Virus record (IMG/VR): IMGVR_UViG_3300023238_000005
Span: 32,001 to 96,000 of that record
Reading direction: 5' to 3' (one strand)
From: a virus
Length of the DNA: 64,000 nucleotides
This document shows, one piece after another, positions 30,997 through 40,802 of this stretch; positions within the stretch are counted from its first letter, which is position 1, and every line of letters starts with the position of its first letter. The notes beneath the pieces are model-generated. The model had not been told where the DNA came from. It saw only the letters and a list, made by a program, of their open reading frames with translations, and ran no database searches. A program made the position numbers and the translations under genes.

Positions 30997-33006
30997 CTAT
31001 TTTTTAGATAGTTTGTTAAAAAGTGTACTTTCGCTTTGCTCTGCATTTTGTTGATAACCTTCGCTATTGCTATTATAGTTATCAGGTTGTACTAGTGTTT
31101 CCCACGGAAGTGAATCTATTTCACCTTTTGAAAATGCATCCTTCCACGCTTCTCTTTCTTCCTTTGGATTACTTGCTTCCCAGTCTGCACGAGCAGTTAC
31201 CCATTCGTCATCTTGTTCTCTATCTTCATAGTATCTACTGTTTGGGTTTGATTCTTCCGGTAACTCTGAAGCTAGTTTTTTTTTGGTCTCTTCAAGTTCT
31301 TCTGGATAAAACATTCTGTTTGCAGTATCAGGGATGTCCTTAGGAGGTAGCATGTCAGCATTTAAATTTATTACGGGTGTCGCTAAGACTTGTTTCTCTA
31401 GCGTTGCAATGTCTCCGAAATCATCAGCAAACACTTCTGGATTGGCCTCAGCTTCTGCGTTTGCTTTTTCGACCCACTCGTTCCAGTTCTCTAAGTTATC
31501 TATTCCGTAGTCTTGTTCTGTTGATTCCACTCTTCCGGCATCGTCTCTTCCGATAGTGTAGGCTCTAGCGGCATCGTTCCCATTAGGCTCTTCAACTTCT
31601 CCTCGATCAAACCAGGCTGCTTCGCCTTTATTATCTTCTCCGGTTCCTTCGGTAGTATCACCGGTGCCGGGGAGTTGCCCATCATCAATTGTATCAGACT
31701 GTTCATTTACTTGTTCTTTCTCTTCTTCCGCAGGCGGCGTAGGAGTAGCAATATCAGGAGGAACGTTGTCAACTATTGCTTGTGCTCTTGCTCTTTCGAA
31801 TTCAGCTTGTTCGAGCCGAAGACGCTCACCGGTTTCATCTTCGAGTTCTTTTCTGCGGAACTCAAAGGTATATTGTGCGGCTAATAATAGTAGTACTGCT
31901 AGTGGATCAAACACAAAGATGATAACAATAATGACCCACTTCACTGCTTCTTCAAGCATATTTTTATCGGCTGCTTCGCCATACACAAATTCAGCAATAT
32001 ATTTAATTGGACCTACTTCAGCTTCAAGCTTACGATACTCTGCTTCTAGCTGTATCTTTTCTTCAGTCAGTCCATCTATAACTGTTGCTGCCGTTGCAAT
32101 ACGTGCTTGCTGTGCGTCAATGTCGCCCTGTACGGTGTCTGCTGTTGTAGTGTTACCTAGTTGTGTGCGTAAGCGGTTTATTAGTGTGTTACTGTTAGCA
32201 ATCTGCTGTTCTACTCCACTGCGTAAACGTGTGATCTCTGCGCGAGCTGCTATTACTGTTGGAGACTGTGCTGCATCTTGTAGCTTTTGTATCCATTCGC
32301 CTCGCTCTACTTTCTTAGCATCTTGAAAGTCAGTAAACGCTTGTGCTGTCTTTGGTCCGTATGCGCCATCTGCTTTAGCACCAATCATACCTTGTGCTTT
32401 AGGAATATCTCCTGCATCAATATACGATTGTAGCTTGTCCAACTCTGCGTCGATCTTATCTAATTCACTTTGGAACAATGCTGTAACGTTTGCAATAATT
32501 ACATTCTGTTCTGCAATGGCAGGTTGGATACGTGTGTATGCACTATCAATACGTGTTTGTTCTGTGTCAATTTGTTGCTGTATGCCTGCATCAACTCCAC
32601 TGTCAGTATCTTCCAACTGCTCAATACGATCTTCTGCTCGAGCAACAAGTACGTCTTGCCTGTCAAGTTCCTTTTGTATTGTTTCTACGCGAGCAATACT
32701 TTCTTCACTTGCACTTGTTTGTTCAATGTGTGCTTTACTTAGGAAGCCAAAGATGCCCATACTTGTAATAAACATAAGCACAACAACTGATATGCTTAGA
32801 TAAGTTTTAAGCCACCAAGCTGCTCTGTCCCAGTACTTGTGTAACCAAACTGCTGTAACTAGTTTAGCTATCTCAAGTGTGGTGCCCATAATTAAAATAG
32901 GTATTGCTGCCGCTGCAAAGATTGCAACCAATCCCGCGACAGAATAGTATATTGCTACTGCACTGATTGCTAATGCAGTAATTAATGTTAGTATTCCGAA
33001 TATCAT
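30997..33006 (-). CDS. membrane-anchored coiled-coil protein with peptidoglycan-binding motif
   Basis: N-terminal TM helices, coiled coil, G...DG.YGPKT..A...FQ motif, EVGPIKY...FVFDPLAV TM. Confidence 0.75.
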   Translation of the reverse strand: MIFGILTLITALAISAVAIYYSVAGLVAIFAAAAIPILIMGTTLEIAKLVTAVWLHKYWDRAAWWLKTYLSISVVVLMFITSMGIFGFLSKAHIEQTSASEESIARVETIQKELDRQDVLVARAEDRIEQLEDTDSGVDAGIQQQIDTEQTRIDSAYTRIQPAIAEQNVIIANVTALFQSELDKIDAELDKLQSYIDAGDIPKAQGMIGAKADGAYGPKTAQAFTDFQDAKKVERGEWIQKLQDAAQSPTVIAARAEITRLRSGVEQQIANSNTLINRLRTQLGNTTTADTVQGDIDAQQARIATAATVIDGLTEEKIQLEAEYRKLEAEVGPIKYIAEFVYGEAADKNMLEEAVKWVIIVIIFVFDPLAVLLLLAAQYTFEFRRKELEDETGERLRLEQAEFERARAQAIVDNVPPDIATPTPPAEEEKEQVNEQSDTIDDGQLPGTGDTTEGTGEDNKGEAAWFDRGEVEEPNGNDAARAYTIGRDDAGRVESTEQDYGIDNLENWNEWVEKANAEAEANPEVFADDFGDIATLEKQVLATPVINLNADMLPPKDIPDTANRMFYPEELEETKKKLASELPEESNPNSRYYEDREQDDEWVTARADWEASNPKEEREAWKDAFSKGEIDSLPWETLVQPDNYNSNSEGYQQNAEQSESTLFNKLSKK

Positions 33007-33013
33007 CTTATAT

Positions 33014-33550
33014 TTAACCTGTTTTACCTAGTAAATTAAGTGCTAACCTTACTCCCAGCGATAAAAAAATATGCTCTCCAATGCGTCCAACTAGTGCAAA
33101 GTCTCTTGCCCATTCAGGTTCCACGTATGTTGCATGATAATGGGTAGCACCTTCTGTAATGCCGCGAGCATCATAGTGTATCATCATATTGTAGGCAATC
33201 TGCTGTGCTTCTACCCATGCATCCATGTTAGTAGGCCAATCTGACTTTCCATCACAGTACCAGCTGAACTGACACATGTTGCGTATCATTGCGCCACTTG
33301 CATGCTTCTTGCCTTGTTGTACTACTCCGCAAATTGTGTCTGGGTAGTAAGTGTGCTTGACTCGATTCATTACAACATCAGCAACAGCCATACGATCTGC
33401 TCGATTGCTTGAGCGCGATTCGTAATAAATGTTTAGTGCTAGACACCACATCTCAGGTTTGTCTTCTGCTGTAAACAACCCTTTAGCTTGTGATGCGTTT
33501 GCTGAGCCCATTACTGCAATTAGAGAAATAGCTAGTATTAATAGTTTCAT
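33014..33550 (-). CDS. SleB-like cell wall hydrolase (Hydrolase_2)
   Basis: CLALNIYYES, VA.VV.NRV...YP.TIC.VV, CQFSW.CDG, GATHYHA.YV.P.W. Confidence 0.9.
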   Translation of the reverse strand: MKLLILAISLIAVMGSANASQAKGLFTAEDKPEMWCLALNIYYESRSSNRADRMAVADVVMNRVKHTYYPDTICGVVQQGKKHASGAMIRNMCQFSWYCDGKSDWPTNMDAWVEAQQIAYNMMIHYDARGITEGATHYHATYVEPEWARDFALVGRIGEHIFLSLGVRLALNLLGKTG

Positions 33551-33553
33551 TAT

Positions 33554-33754
33554 TCAGTCTCCTAAAAATATTTTTAATGTTTTACCGTCGTCTTGGAAGC
33601 TAATGTCAATACCGTTGACACCATGCTTTACAAACTCTCTGCCGTTACCAATAACTTCTACTCTGCTTATTAGTGGATGAGATTCAATAAAGTCTATGTC
33701 GTCTTGCACGTTGTTTCGTTTGTTAAATGCATCAATGTCATCTTGTGTTTTCAT
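33554..33754 (-). CDS. hypothetical protein
   Basis: RVEVI...GR......QDDGKTLKIF motif. Confidence 0.6.
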   Translation of the reverse strand: MKTQDDIDAFNKRNNVQDDIDFIESHPLISRVEVIGNGREFVKHGVNGIDISFQDDGKTLKIFLGD

Positions 33755-34182
33755 CGTCTCATCCTCGCAATCTCAATTGCTTCGTGCTTATTATCTTCAA
33801 AAATAGGTACCATATTACTTTTGTGCATCGTGGCGATCCCAAGCAATTTACGTTCGCCTGAATAAGTTGGCGATTCTTTCTTAGTACAATTACCAATACC
33901 GTTACCTGCGCTAGGATATTGCTTACCCTGCGGACGCTGGAATACATTTGATGGTACTAGTTCTTTAAATTTCTTTGCTGTGGGCTTGTAAAGACCGCGT
34001 ACATACAAGTCATAATCTACCAAAGACATCATTTGATCATGTGCGTGTATACGCTTCATGCTTTTATTGTATTCACGATGTTGTTGTTCAAATGTTGCTT
34101 GTTGATTCTTAGTACGCTTAGTTTGCTTACGCTTCTTATATGATGTTGTTGTTAGACCTGGACCGCACATCGACATAGTCAT
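33751..34182 (-). CDS. conserved T4-like phage hypothetical protein
   Basis: Y.G....GIATMHKSN.VP....A....MRR motif. Confidence 0.7.
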   Translation of the reverse strand: MTMSMCGPGLTTTSYKKRKQTKRTKNQQATFEQQHREYNKSMKRIHAHDQMMSLVDYDLYVRGLYKPTAKKFKELVPSNVFQRPQGKQYPSAGNGIGNCTKKESPTYSGERKLLGIATMHKSNMVPIFEDNKHEAIEIARMRR

Positions 34183-34254
34183 AAAAAACTCCTGCTCTAA
34201 TTGTTATTACTTAACTAGTATAGCAGGAGTTCAGTGGATTGTCAACCTTTTATT

Positions 34255-35439
34255 TTACCAGAATTTTAACTTCTTAGCTGCTTTTTTAGCTGCATTAGCG
34301 GCTGCATTTGCTGCATCTGCTGTTGCTTTAGCGGCTGCATTTGCTGCATCTTGTGCTGCTCTGGCCGCAGCTTCTGCTTGACGTTGTGTTTCTGCTGCAA
34401 CTTGAGCTGCTGCTTCGGCTGCCGCTCGAGCTGCTTCTTCTGCATGACGCTGTGTTTCTGCTGCTATTCTAGCGGCTTCTGCTGCGGCTGCATCTGCTTG
34501 ACGTTGTACTTCACGAGCTGCTGCATCTGCTGCATCTTGTGCTGCTTTGGCTGCTGCTTCAGCTTGACGTTGTGTCTCTGCTGCAACTTGAGCTGCTGCT
34601 TCGGCTGCGGCATGTTCTGCTTCTGCGGCTGCTTTGGCTGCGGCATTAGCTGCTGCTTCTGCTGCTTCTTGTGCTGGCTTTGTATCAACACTAACACTAA
34701 GGTCAACATCAACGCCGGCTAGTAATTCAACTTCGCCACTTATACCAACAGTAGCAACACCGTCATCCATAGTTGCTCCGCCGCCGATATCTGCGCCTGC
34801 TTGTAAACCAATACTTACACCTGCTGTTGCTGCTCCGCCATTGCCGGAACTATCATATGCACTTGTAGTAGTATCTGCTCCAACACTTGCTCCGGCGTGT
34901 GCGCCTGCATGTCCTGCAACGCCGTCTTTGCCAATTTGTGCATCTGCGCCTATATCAGCACCTGCTTCTGCGTGTACTCCACTTTCGTTCTTGATTTCAA
35001 CATCACCTACTTGCTGGCTTACGCCTGCGTGTGCTTCTGTACTTGCACCAACTTCTGCGCCTGCTTGTACATATGCATTGCCACCACTTACTCCTGCTTG
35101 TGCGCCAGCTTCTGCATGTGCTTCTGCACTTGCGCCTGCTTCTACAGTTGTATCTCCGTAGGTAGCACTTGCGCCTGCTTCTGCACTCACTCCTGCTTCT
35201 GCCATAGCTGCGGCGGTTGTGTCAGTTACTTCTGTGCCCGCACTTGCATGTGCTTCTGCGCCGGCATGTGCTTCTAAGTCAACGCCGCCTACATTTGTTT
35301 CTGCACTTGCACCTACTTCTACACCTACACTTGCTTGTGGGTCGTTAATATCTGACCCAGCAGTAAATCCATTGCTTACGCCAACTTCAGGACCTTTGTC
35401 CTCTTCAGTAGCATCTGTGTTATTTTGATCTTCGTTCAT
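34255..35439 (-). CDS. Ala/Gly-rich low-complexity protein with C-terminal helical repeats
   Basis: AGA.A repeats and repeated AAAEAAAQVAAETQRQAEAAA; SD AGGAG. Confidence 0.75.
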   Translation of the reverse strand: MNEDQNNTDATEEDKGPEVGVSNGFTAGSDINDPQASVGVEVGASAETNVGGVDLEAHAGAEAHASAGTEVTDTTAAAMAEAGVSAEAGASATYGDTTVEAGASAEAHAEAGAQAGVSGGNAYVQAGAEVGASTEAHAGVSQQVGDVEIKNESGVHAEAGADIGADAQIGKDGVAGHAGAHAGASVGADTTTSAYDSSGNGGAATAGVSIGLQAGADIGGGATMDDGVATVGISGEVELLAGVDVDLSVSVDTKPAQEAAEAAANAAAKAAAEAEHAAAEAAAQVAAETQRQAEAAAKAAQDAADAAAREVQRQADAAAAEAARIAAETQRHAEEAARAAAEAAAQVAAETQRQAEAAARAAQDAANAAAKATADAANAAANAAKKAAKKLKFW

Positions 35440-35466
35440 AATTAATCTCCTGTGGTTAGTGATATG

Positions 35467-35937
35467 TTACTTATTCATTTTAGCAACAGCAGCATCATAG
35501 TCCGACTGTGCTATTATTTCTTCACGCAAAAGTTTAGTTCTGTTTACTAAATGCTTTGCTTGAACTTCTTCTTTATTGCCGCCGAAATATGCAACTGCAT
35601 GTCCTTCTTCAATAAGGATGTCTGTTACTTTACGTCCATCTCCAATTCGGAAGTCTCCTAGGATACGACCGAACTTGCCTTTCATATCTTCGCCCTTGCG
35701 ATCTTCAGTAGTAATAAGTTTACCACCGTCCTTCATAAGCACTTTCAATCGTGCTTTAGCTGCTTCGCCAAACAAGTCTTCTACTTTGTCTCTTGTGCGT
35801 GACTCTGGAGTATCAATGCCCATGATGCGCACTCGCTCATCTCTAAGTGTTACTCCGAACCCTAAGTCAATGTCAACGTCTACAGTGTCTCCGTCAACTA
35901 TTTTAACGACTACTACGTCATATTCATTTTGTTGCAT
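35467..35937 (-). CDS. thermonuclease (SNase-like)
   Basis: VDGDTVD, RVR..GIDTPE, GKFGRILG. Confidence 0.9.
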   Translation of the reverse strand: MQQNEYDVVVVKIVDGDTVDVDIDLGFGVTLRDERVRIMGIDTPESRTRDKVEDLFGEAAKARLKVLMKDGGKLITTEDRKGEDMKGKFGRILGDFRIGDGRKVTDILIEEGHAVAYFGGNKEEVQAKHLVNRTKLLREEIIAQSDYDAAVAKMNK

Positions 35938-36217
35938 TACTTAACTCCATCTTAGTTTCTAATTCTTTTACTTTAAGTTCTAATATGCGAACTCTTTCTA
36001 CTGCAATAGCAACTGCTGGTGGAAGTGTCCACTCCTTAGTCCAAGTATAGTTGTTTTCAATAGAGACTTCATGCATTGCTGATGTATACTCTATCATTGC
36101 TATTCTTTCAACAAGGCCAAAGTATACCCATACTGCAACTCCAACAGTTATTGCAAGACTAACAAGATTTTTTAACGGTATTGTAAACTCAGATTCTTCA
36201 CTTAATTTATTTGCCAT
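35924..36217 (-). CDS. membrane protein
   Basis: TM helix plus coiled coil. Confidence 0.6.
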   Translation of the reverse strand: MANKLSEESEFTIPLKNLVSLAITVGVAVWVYFGLVERIAMIEYTSAMHEVSIENNYTWTKEWTLPPAVAIAVERVRILELKVKELETKMELSNATK

Positions 36218-36426
36218 GTTTGCTCCTATTTTTCTTTGCCAGACAGCAAATCTTCAATTCGCTGACGCTGCTGTTCAATCAAATCACTTTGTGTTTCAAT
36301 CTCTTCGAACTGTCGTTCTAGTTTGTCAGCTTGCTTTGCTTCTTCAGTTTTTTGCGGAAATTGTACTATGTTGTCACTCATATATGTTCTCCTATTAACT
36401 GCTAATATTTAGTTAATTTTAGTCAT

Positions 36427-36460
36427 AAAAAAAGAGTGCTACATTGCTGTAACACTCTTC
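36427..36460 (-). terminator. intrinsic terminator after tmRNA
   Basis: AAGAGTG..ACA...TGT..CACTCTT hairpin followed by a U-run on the minus strand. Confidence 0.75.
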
Positions 36461-36710
36461 CTGCTATTTTTGGTAACAAAGTATAACTACTTCGTAGAAG
36501 CCCTTAGGCTGCTAATGCGAAATTTTCATTTGCGTTTATAGTTTTCGTTCGCGATAACCGTGCTTACATCCGGGTAACTCCACTTCCTCTCTTACGTGTA
36601 TCGATACCTGCTTCACCCCCATCAACTATACACTCAGTAAATGTATACTTGGTGGAGGTGCCGGGTGCCGCCCCCGGGTCTACTCCGTCGTTGCTAAAGT
36701 TTCAACGTTA
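36461..36710 (-). ncRNA. ssrA: circularly permuted (two-piece) tmRNA, tag (A)ANENFALAA
   Basis: T-arm and acceptor 3' end GACCCGGGGGCGGCACCCGGCACCTCCACCA (ends 36650) precede the 5' end GGGGGTG (36620); G3-U70 pair; tag ORF GCA AAT GAA AAT TTC GCA TTA GCA GCC TAA at 36533-36504; TATAAATA upstream. Confidence 0.92.
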
Positions 36711-36729
36711 CATACTATTTATAACACGT

Positions 36730-37035
36730 TTAACTAAACATGTCAAGTTCTTTTGATGCTTTTGTCTTTGTCTTCTTAGCTTCAGGACGAATTGGTTCTA
36801 GCCATGTATCAGCAATGTATGCTTTAGGTGATGGTCCCAATTGTATATCTATGTCTTCGCCTTGTATCCACCAATAATGATCATGTATCATACAAGTGCA
36901 AGTCATGCTATGTGCTTCAAACTGTTCGCCAGCTTCAAACTTACCAATGTACTCGACTACCTTTACAGCTCGTCCAATGTTACTCGGATTCACTGAATGT
37001 ATGATGCGGGCAAAGTCGCCCTGCACACACTTCAT
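36730..37035 (-). CDS. hypothetical protein
   Basis: ORF in operon. Confidence 0.6.
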   Translation of the reverse strand: MKCVQGDFARIIHSVNPSNIGRAVKVVEYIGKFEAGEQFEAHSMTCTCMIHDHYWWIQGEDIDIQLGPSPKAYIADTWLEPIRPEAKKTKTKASKELDMFS

Positions 37036-37379
37036 TCTTCTTCTTTCTTCTTAGGCTTGCGACCGTAGAAGCCGCCTTTAACTTCGAGGTCTTCGGTCCT
37101 TGCAAAAGGCTTGCAAACTTCTATCTCGCCGCCTTTAGCTAAAAACTCTTTAATTAATCTTTCTGACTCTTTGTCAGTTTCTCTAGGTGTCGGGTTCAAT
37201 TGATCTTCCTTACCAAAAATTTAATAGTCTACCATTACCAATGATAATCATTGAGCAAGTTACAACGTGCAGTAGCACCCAAACTGTTCGAATGAGTGCT
37301 ACTGCATCTGCTCTGTTGTTATCATCGTATGCTTTTTGTCCAATGGCTTTACACCAATATTCCCACATACGATTACTCA

Positions 37380-37565
37380 CTACAATGCGTTCTTGCGGTC
37401 TTGGATCTCTGCACGTCTTGACTTTGTTAACTTGCCTAAGTCACCTAGTGCGCCACGGGCGCGGGTTGCTGCTGCTTTAACATTCTTATCTTCCCAAGCC
37501 GCATGTTCGACTAAGTAATTTTCAAATGCTGCAACAATTTGTTCGTGTTGTGATTGTTCACTCAT
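37380..37565 (-). CDS. Hc1-like small basic DNA-binding protein
   Basis: KAAATRAR.AL.DL.KL....R.EIQ..KN pattern. Confidence 0.65.
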   Translation of the reverse strand: MSEQSQHEQIVAAFENYLVEHAAWEDKNVKAAATRARGALGDLGKLTKSRRAEIQDRKNAL

Positions 37566-38167
37566 ATTGTTTCTCCTGTAATATGATTGTATATTTCTTT
37601 CCAGTTAACACATTTAGTCATGCCTTCTGGAAGTTCGTCGTGCATGTTAAATCCATGCTCTACCAGTATTGCATTTAAACCTAAGTCTAAACCAAGTACT
37701 GCATTAGATAGCTTGTCTTCGATCCAGTACAATCCGGAATCACGATACAGTTCAAGCGCATCATCTTTATTTGCACCAGTATCTAAACAAACTAATTCTT
37801 CAAAAGCTGATTCGCCGAACAGCTTCTCCAAATTCATTTTACGAAGCTTATATGCATTAGGGTCTAAAGACATAGACGTAATGCAACGGAATACATATCC
37901 GTGTTCTTCGTGTAATCGTTTAACGTAATACATAGCGTCACGTAGTGCTGGGAGAAATCCCATTGCTGCACTTTCATTAAATACCTTTACGTGTTTAATT
38001 GCTTCGTTGCGTGAAATACCAAAGCGTTTAGCAATGTCGTATTCCCAGTTGCCGTTCTCAATCTGTGTGTATCCACACTGTTCTAAATAACAGCAGAATG
38101 CATACTCCCAGTTAAGTAGGCAACCATCAGCGTCTGTAAGTATTACTTTATCGTTGTATTTTTTCAT
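37562..38167 (-). CDS. HAD-superfamily phosphatase (5'-nucleotidase-like)
   Basis: ILTDADGCL, ITS, K, WIED motifs. Confidence 0.8.
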   Translation of the reverse strand: MKKYNDKVILTDADGCLLNWEYAFCCYLEQCGYTQIENGNWEYDIAKRFGISRNEAIKHVKVFNESAAMGFLPALRDAMYYVKRLHEEHGYVFRCITSMSLDPNAYKLRKMNLEKLFGESAFEELVCLDTGANKDDALELYRDSGLYWIEDKLSNAVLGLDLGLNAILVEHGFNMHDELPEGMTKCVNWKEIYNHITGETI

Positions 38168-38227
38168 GTGAGCCTCTTTTACATTATGTATATACTATAA
38201 CATAGATAGAGTGTGTTGTCAAGTGAT

Positions 38228-38953
38228 TTATACAGTAAACCCATTAGATGATAATATGGGCTTATATATAGCATATTGGCCCGTTCTGCTGCCACTAGGT
38301 CCCCATTGACGCTTAGGCCCAATATCAACATGGATAAAGTCCTCGTAGCACCCGATACCAGTAAATCCTGCATCAACTGCACGTTGTATCATATCTACAC
38401 GACCTTGTTGACTAGATGTTCCCCATAGTACATCCATTGCTTTGCGCTCTGTATGCATGCTCTTTTTGGCGCCGCCAACTTTTACATTGTACTCTGGTGT
38501 ACGATAAGCACTAGTAATTGTAATTGGTTTTCCCATGCTCTGTGCAAATATAACTGCTTTATCCCAAACTTCAGGGAGTACTCGGTTATTAACATGTTTT
38601 AGTGTATTAATCCATTCTGATTCATTGCGGGGAAATTCGTCACTATCTGATCCATCTGCGCCTGTGCCCTGATCACTGCCAGGGGCTGCTTCTGCACCTT
38701 CTCTTCCAGTAATTGGATTCGTGCCATTTGGAGATCCTCCTCCAAATTGTTCTAGTGCTTCCATTGTATCTGGGTCGTTTCCAGCATCCAATTCTACTGC
38801 TCTGCCACTAATAATTGCTCTTGCTTGATCATCATCTATTCCGATAGTGTCTTCAAGACCTAATGCATCAGCTATTGCTCCGCCTAGTGTCGGACCGCCA
38901 TTTACAAATACATTTGCGGCAAAGGGTGTGTTACTGTGCGTTACTGCTGGCAT
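38228..38953 (-). CDS. peptidase M15 (Zn D,D-peptidase) domain virion protein
   Basis: ITSAYR...N..VGGA..SMH....AMD...FIHVD. Confidence 0.85.
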   Translation of the reverse strand: MPAVTHSNTPFAANVFVNGGPTLGGAIADALGLEDTIGIDDDQARAIISGRAVELDAGNDPDTMEALEQFGGGSPNGTNPITGREGAEAAPGSDQGTGADGSDSDEFPRNESEWINTLKHVNNRVLPEVWDKAVIFAQSMGKPITITSAYRTPEYNVKVGGAKKSMHTERKAMDVLWGTSSQQGRVDMIQRAVDAGFTGIGCYEDFIHVDIGPKRQWGPSGSRTGQYAIYKPILSSNGFTV

Positions 38954-39705
38954 TAGCTTGCTCCTGCACTATAATCTGTTGCCGGCGGCGCTGTGCTGCC
39001 AGATGCATTATTTGTGTCTTGTGCTGTAGATGATTGCGCTACTATTAATCCTGTCGCCGGATCAATTAAGTCTGCATTAGGATTAGCAAGTGTTGATGCT
39101 GTTTGTCCTTCAGGTCTTGCAAACGGCCATCTCTTCTTTGGCGCGGATGCGTTTGGTATGCCATCAGGTGGTCCTGGAGGTGCACCTGCAACAATAAGCC
39201 CAGTTGATTCGTTATCAAAGCCTAGTTGTTCGCCTAAGGCAAACGGAGTAACTATTGTATTAGAGCCTCGAATTCCATCGTCTGGACCTGCTGTTCCCTT
39301 TGCTTCCCAATAGTATTGTCCTGCTACTCGTATTAATACTTTTAAGTCTGCTGGATCTTCTGTAGCACCTAGTGCAGCAATTATTGTTGTTCTTTCTGCT
39401 GTAAGGTCTGCGTTGCTTTCACCACTTGCTGCTGCAACTGCTGCGCCATTTGGTAGTGTTCCGGCAATAACTGCTGCTGCAACTGCTGCCGCTGTATTAC
39501 CTACAGCTGAACTCATACTAACTGCAAGGAGTGCCCTTTGAAAGTCGTTTAGTACATTACTTGTAGCAATACCACTCTCTGGATCAGATTGTAATTTTTG
39601 TAACAATCTTACGTCATCACGTATACCTGTTAGTGCTGTGATAATCCGGTTGTATTCCGGAGTCATGTCTAAATGTGTATAATCTGTATCAGTAGATTCT
39701 GGCAT
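38953..39705 (-). CDS. hypothetical (probable virion) protein
   Basis: Coupled ORF in a late operon. Confidence 0.65.
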   Translation of the reverse strand: MPESTDTDYTHLDMTPEYNRIITALTGIRDDVRLLQKLQSDPESGIATSNVLNDFQRALLAVSMSSAVGNTAAAVAAAVIAGTLPNGAAVAAASGESNADLTAERTTIIAALGATEDPADLKVLIRVAGQYYWEAKGTAGPDDGIRGSNTIVTPFALGEQLGFDNESTGLIVAGAPPGPPDGIPNASAPKKRWPFARPEGQTASTLANPNADLIDPATGLIVAQSSTAQDTNNASGSTAPPATDYSAGAS

Positions 39706-40769
39706 TATACGTTATCCTTTGGTGTCATAAGATCTTGTAAGTACTGTGGAGGAGTTTTTCCGTTTTTGCCGCCCCAATATCTAAGTGGTAATATGTTACT
39801 AATGTAATTAGATTTTTGTCCTGTCCATGCAATATCAATATGTATGGCACCAGCACCTAGGTATCCATTACCCATACCAATTGCAGTTGCTCCGGCATCC
39901 CTGCATGCTTCAGCAAACTTTATCATAATTGCAAGTTGTGCAGGATCAGTTGTGTATAGTCTATTACTATCGCCGTCTGTTAGTCTAACTTCTGATGCAA
40001 ACCCTTTGTCAAATCTATTAGAGCCAGTTCTGTTTTTGCCGTTGAGGCCGCCTTCACTAGTAGGAACTTGGCCTCCAGTGATTACTGTAACATTAACACC
40101 TGCTGCTCTTGCTGCTGTTTCAAGTATGTTCCATAGTTGTGATTGTATAGGAAGATTACGAATACCACTTATTCTATAGGTAACAATGCCGTCAGCAGAT
40201 CCAGCTGTTGGTACTACTTGATCAAATGGGACACTGCTTTCAGAATAAGTCTCGCCATCTGCGCCAGTAATAGCTGTAGTGGTGCCGCCAGCGTAGCCTG
40301 CACGTTGAGCATTAACTTCAGTGCCGCCAGTGAATCCTCCTGGATTCGACGTGTTGTTCCTAATTGCATTATAGTTAGCTGCACTTGTGTTGCCTAAGTT
40401 CGTTGGATTACCAACTTCAGCATTAACTATGTCGAGTATACCCGATTGCTGCAAGTTAATAAAATCACTTGCTGCTTTTGCAATATTAGCTGGATTGTTT
40501 GCTACGTTATCTGCTTCGCGTTGATAAATGCCTTTAGCTCTGTCATCGCCTCTATCTGTAATAATACGCAAGTCTACTTGTATATCTTCAAACAAACTTG
40601 CTATCTCAGCAAGACATGCTTGGTGAGCAATATCAAAATCAATGTGTACATGATCAGCTGGCGCTGGCGCTGAACCCGGATCAGTGTCAGTGTCACTATC
40701 CGTATGGTTGACCGTAGTTTTACCTAAACTTGCGGAATCTTCATATATATTTGCGCCTGCTATTGACAT
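39705..40769 (-). CDS. probable virion protein with degenerate M15-like domain
   Basis: V.V.TGGQ...RTGSNRFDKGFASEV...G.T.IG.G.GY......IHID. Confidence 0.6.
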   Translation of the reverse strand: MSIAGANIYEDSASLGKTTVNHTDSDTDTDPGSAPAPADHVHIDFDIAHQACLAEIASLFEDIQVDLRIITDRGDDRAKGIYQREADNVANNPANIAKAASDFINLQQSGILDIVNAEVGNPTNLGNTSAANYNAIRNNTSNPGGFTGGTEVNAQRAGYAGGTTTAITGADGETYSESSVPFDQVVPTAGSADGIVTYRISGIRNLPIQSQLWNILETAARAAGVNVTVITGGQVPTSEGGLNGKNRTGSNRFDKGFASEVRLTDGDSNRLYTTDPAQLAIMIKFAEACRDAGATAIGMGNGYLGAGAIHIDIAWTGQKSNYISNILPLRYWGGKNGKTPPQYLQDLMTPKDNV

Positions 40770-40802
40770 TTACATTCCTCTTTAGTATATTTATCCTAGA
40801 AT

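Noticed and set aside
31276-31285. A10 run (minus strand) as a frameshift site in the 669-aa membrane protein
   Set aside because: The reading frame stays open through it and no alternative-frame product was evident
33050-33075. Apparent frameshift at the end of the SleB-like hydrolase (T7 run; T6 would give HIFYRWE-stop)
   Set aside because: Most simply a homopolymer sequencing error or neutral slip at the extreme C-terminus; no evidence of programmed recoding
36620-36682. tRNA gene
   Set aside because: The CCA end precedes the 5' strand and there is no anticodon arm; explained by the permuted tmRNA
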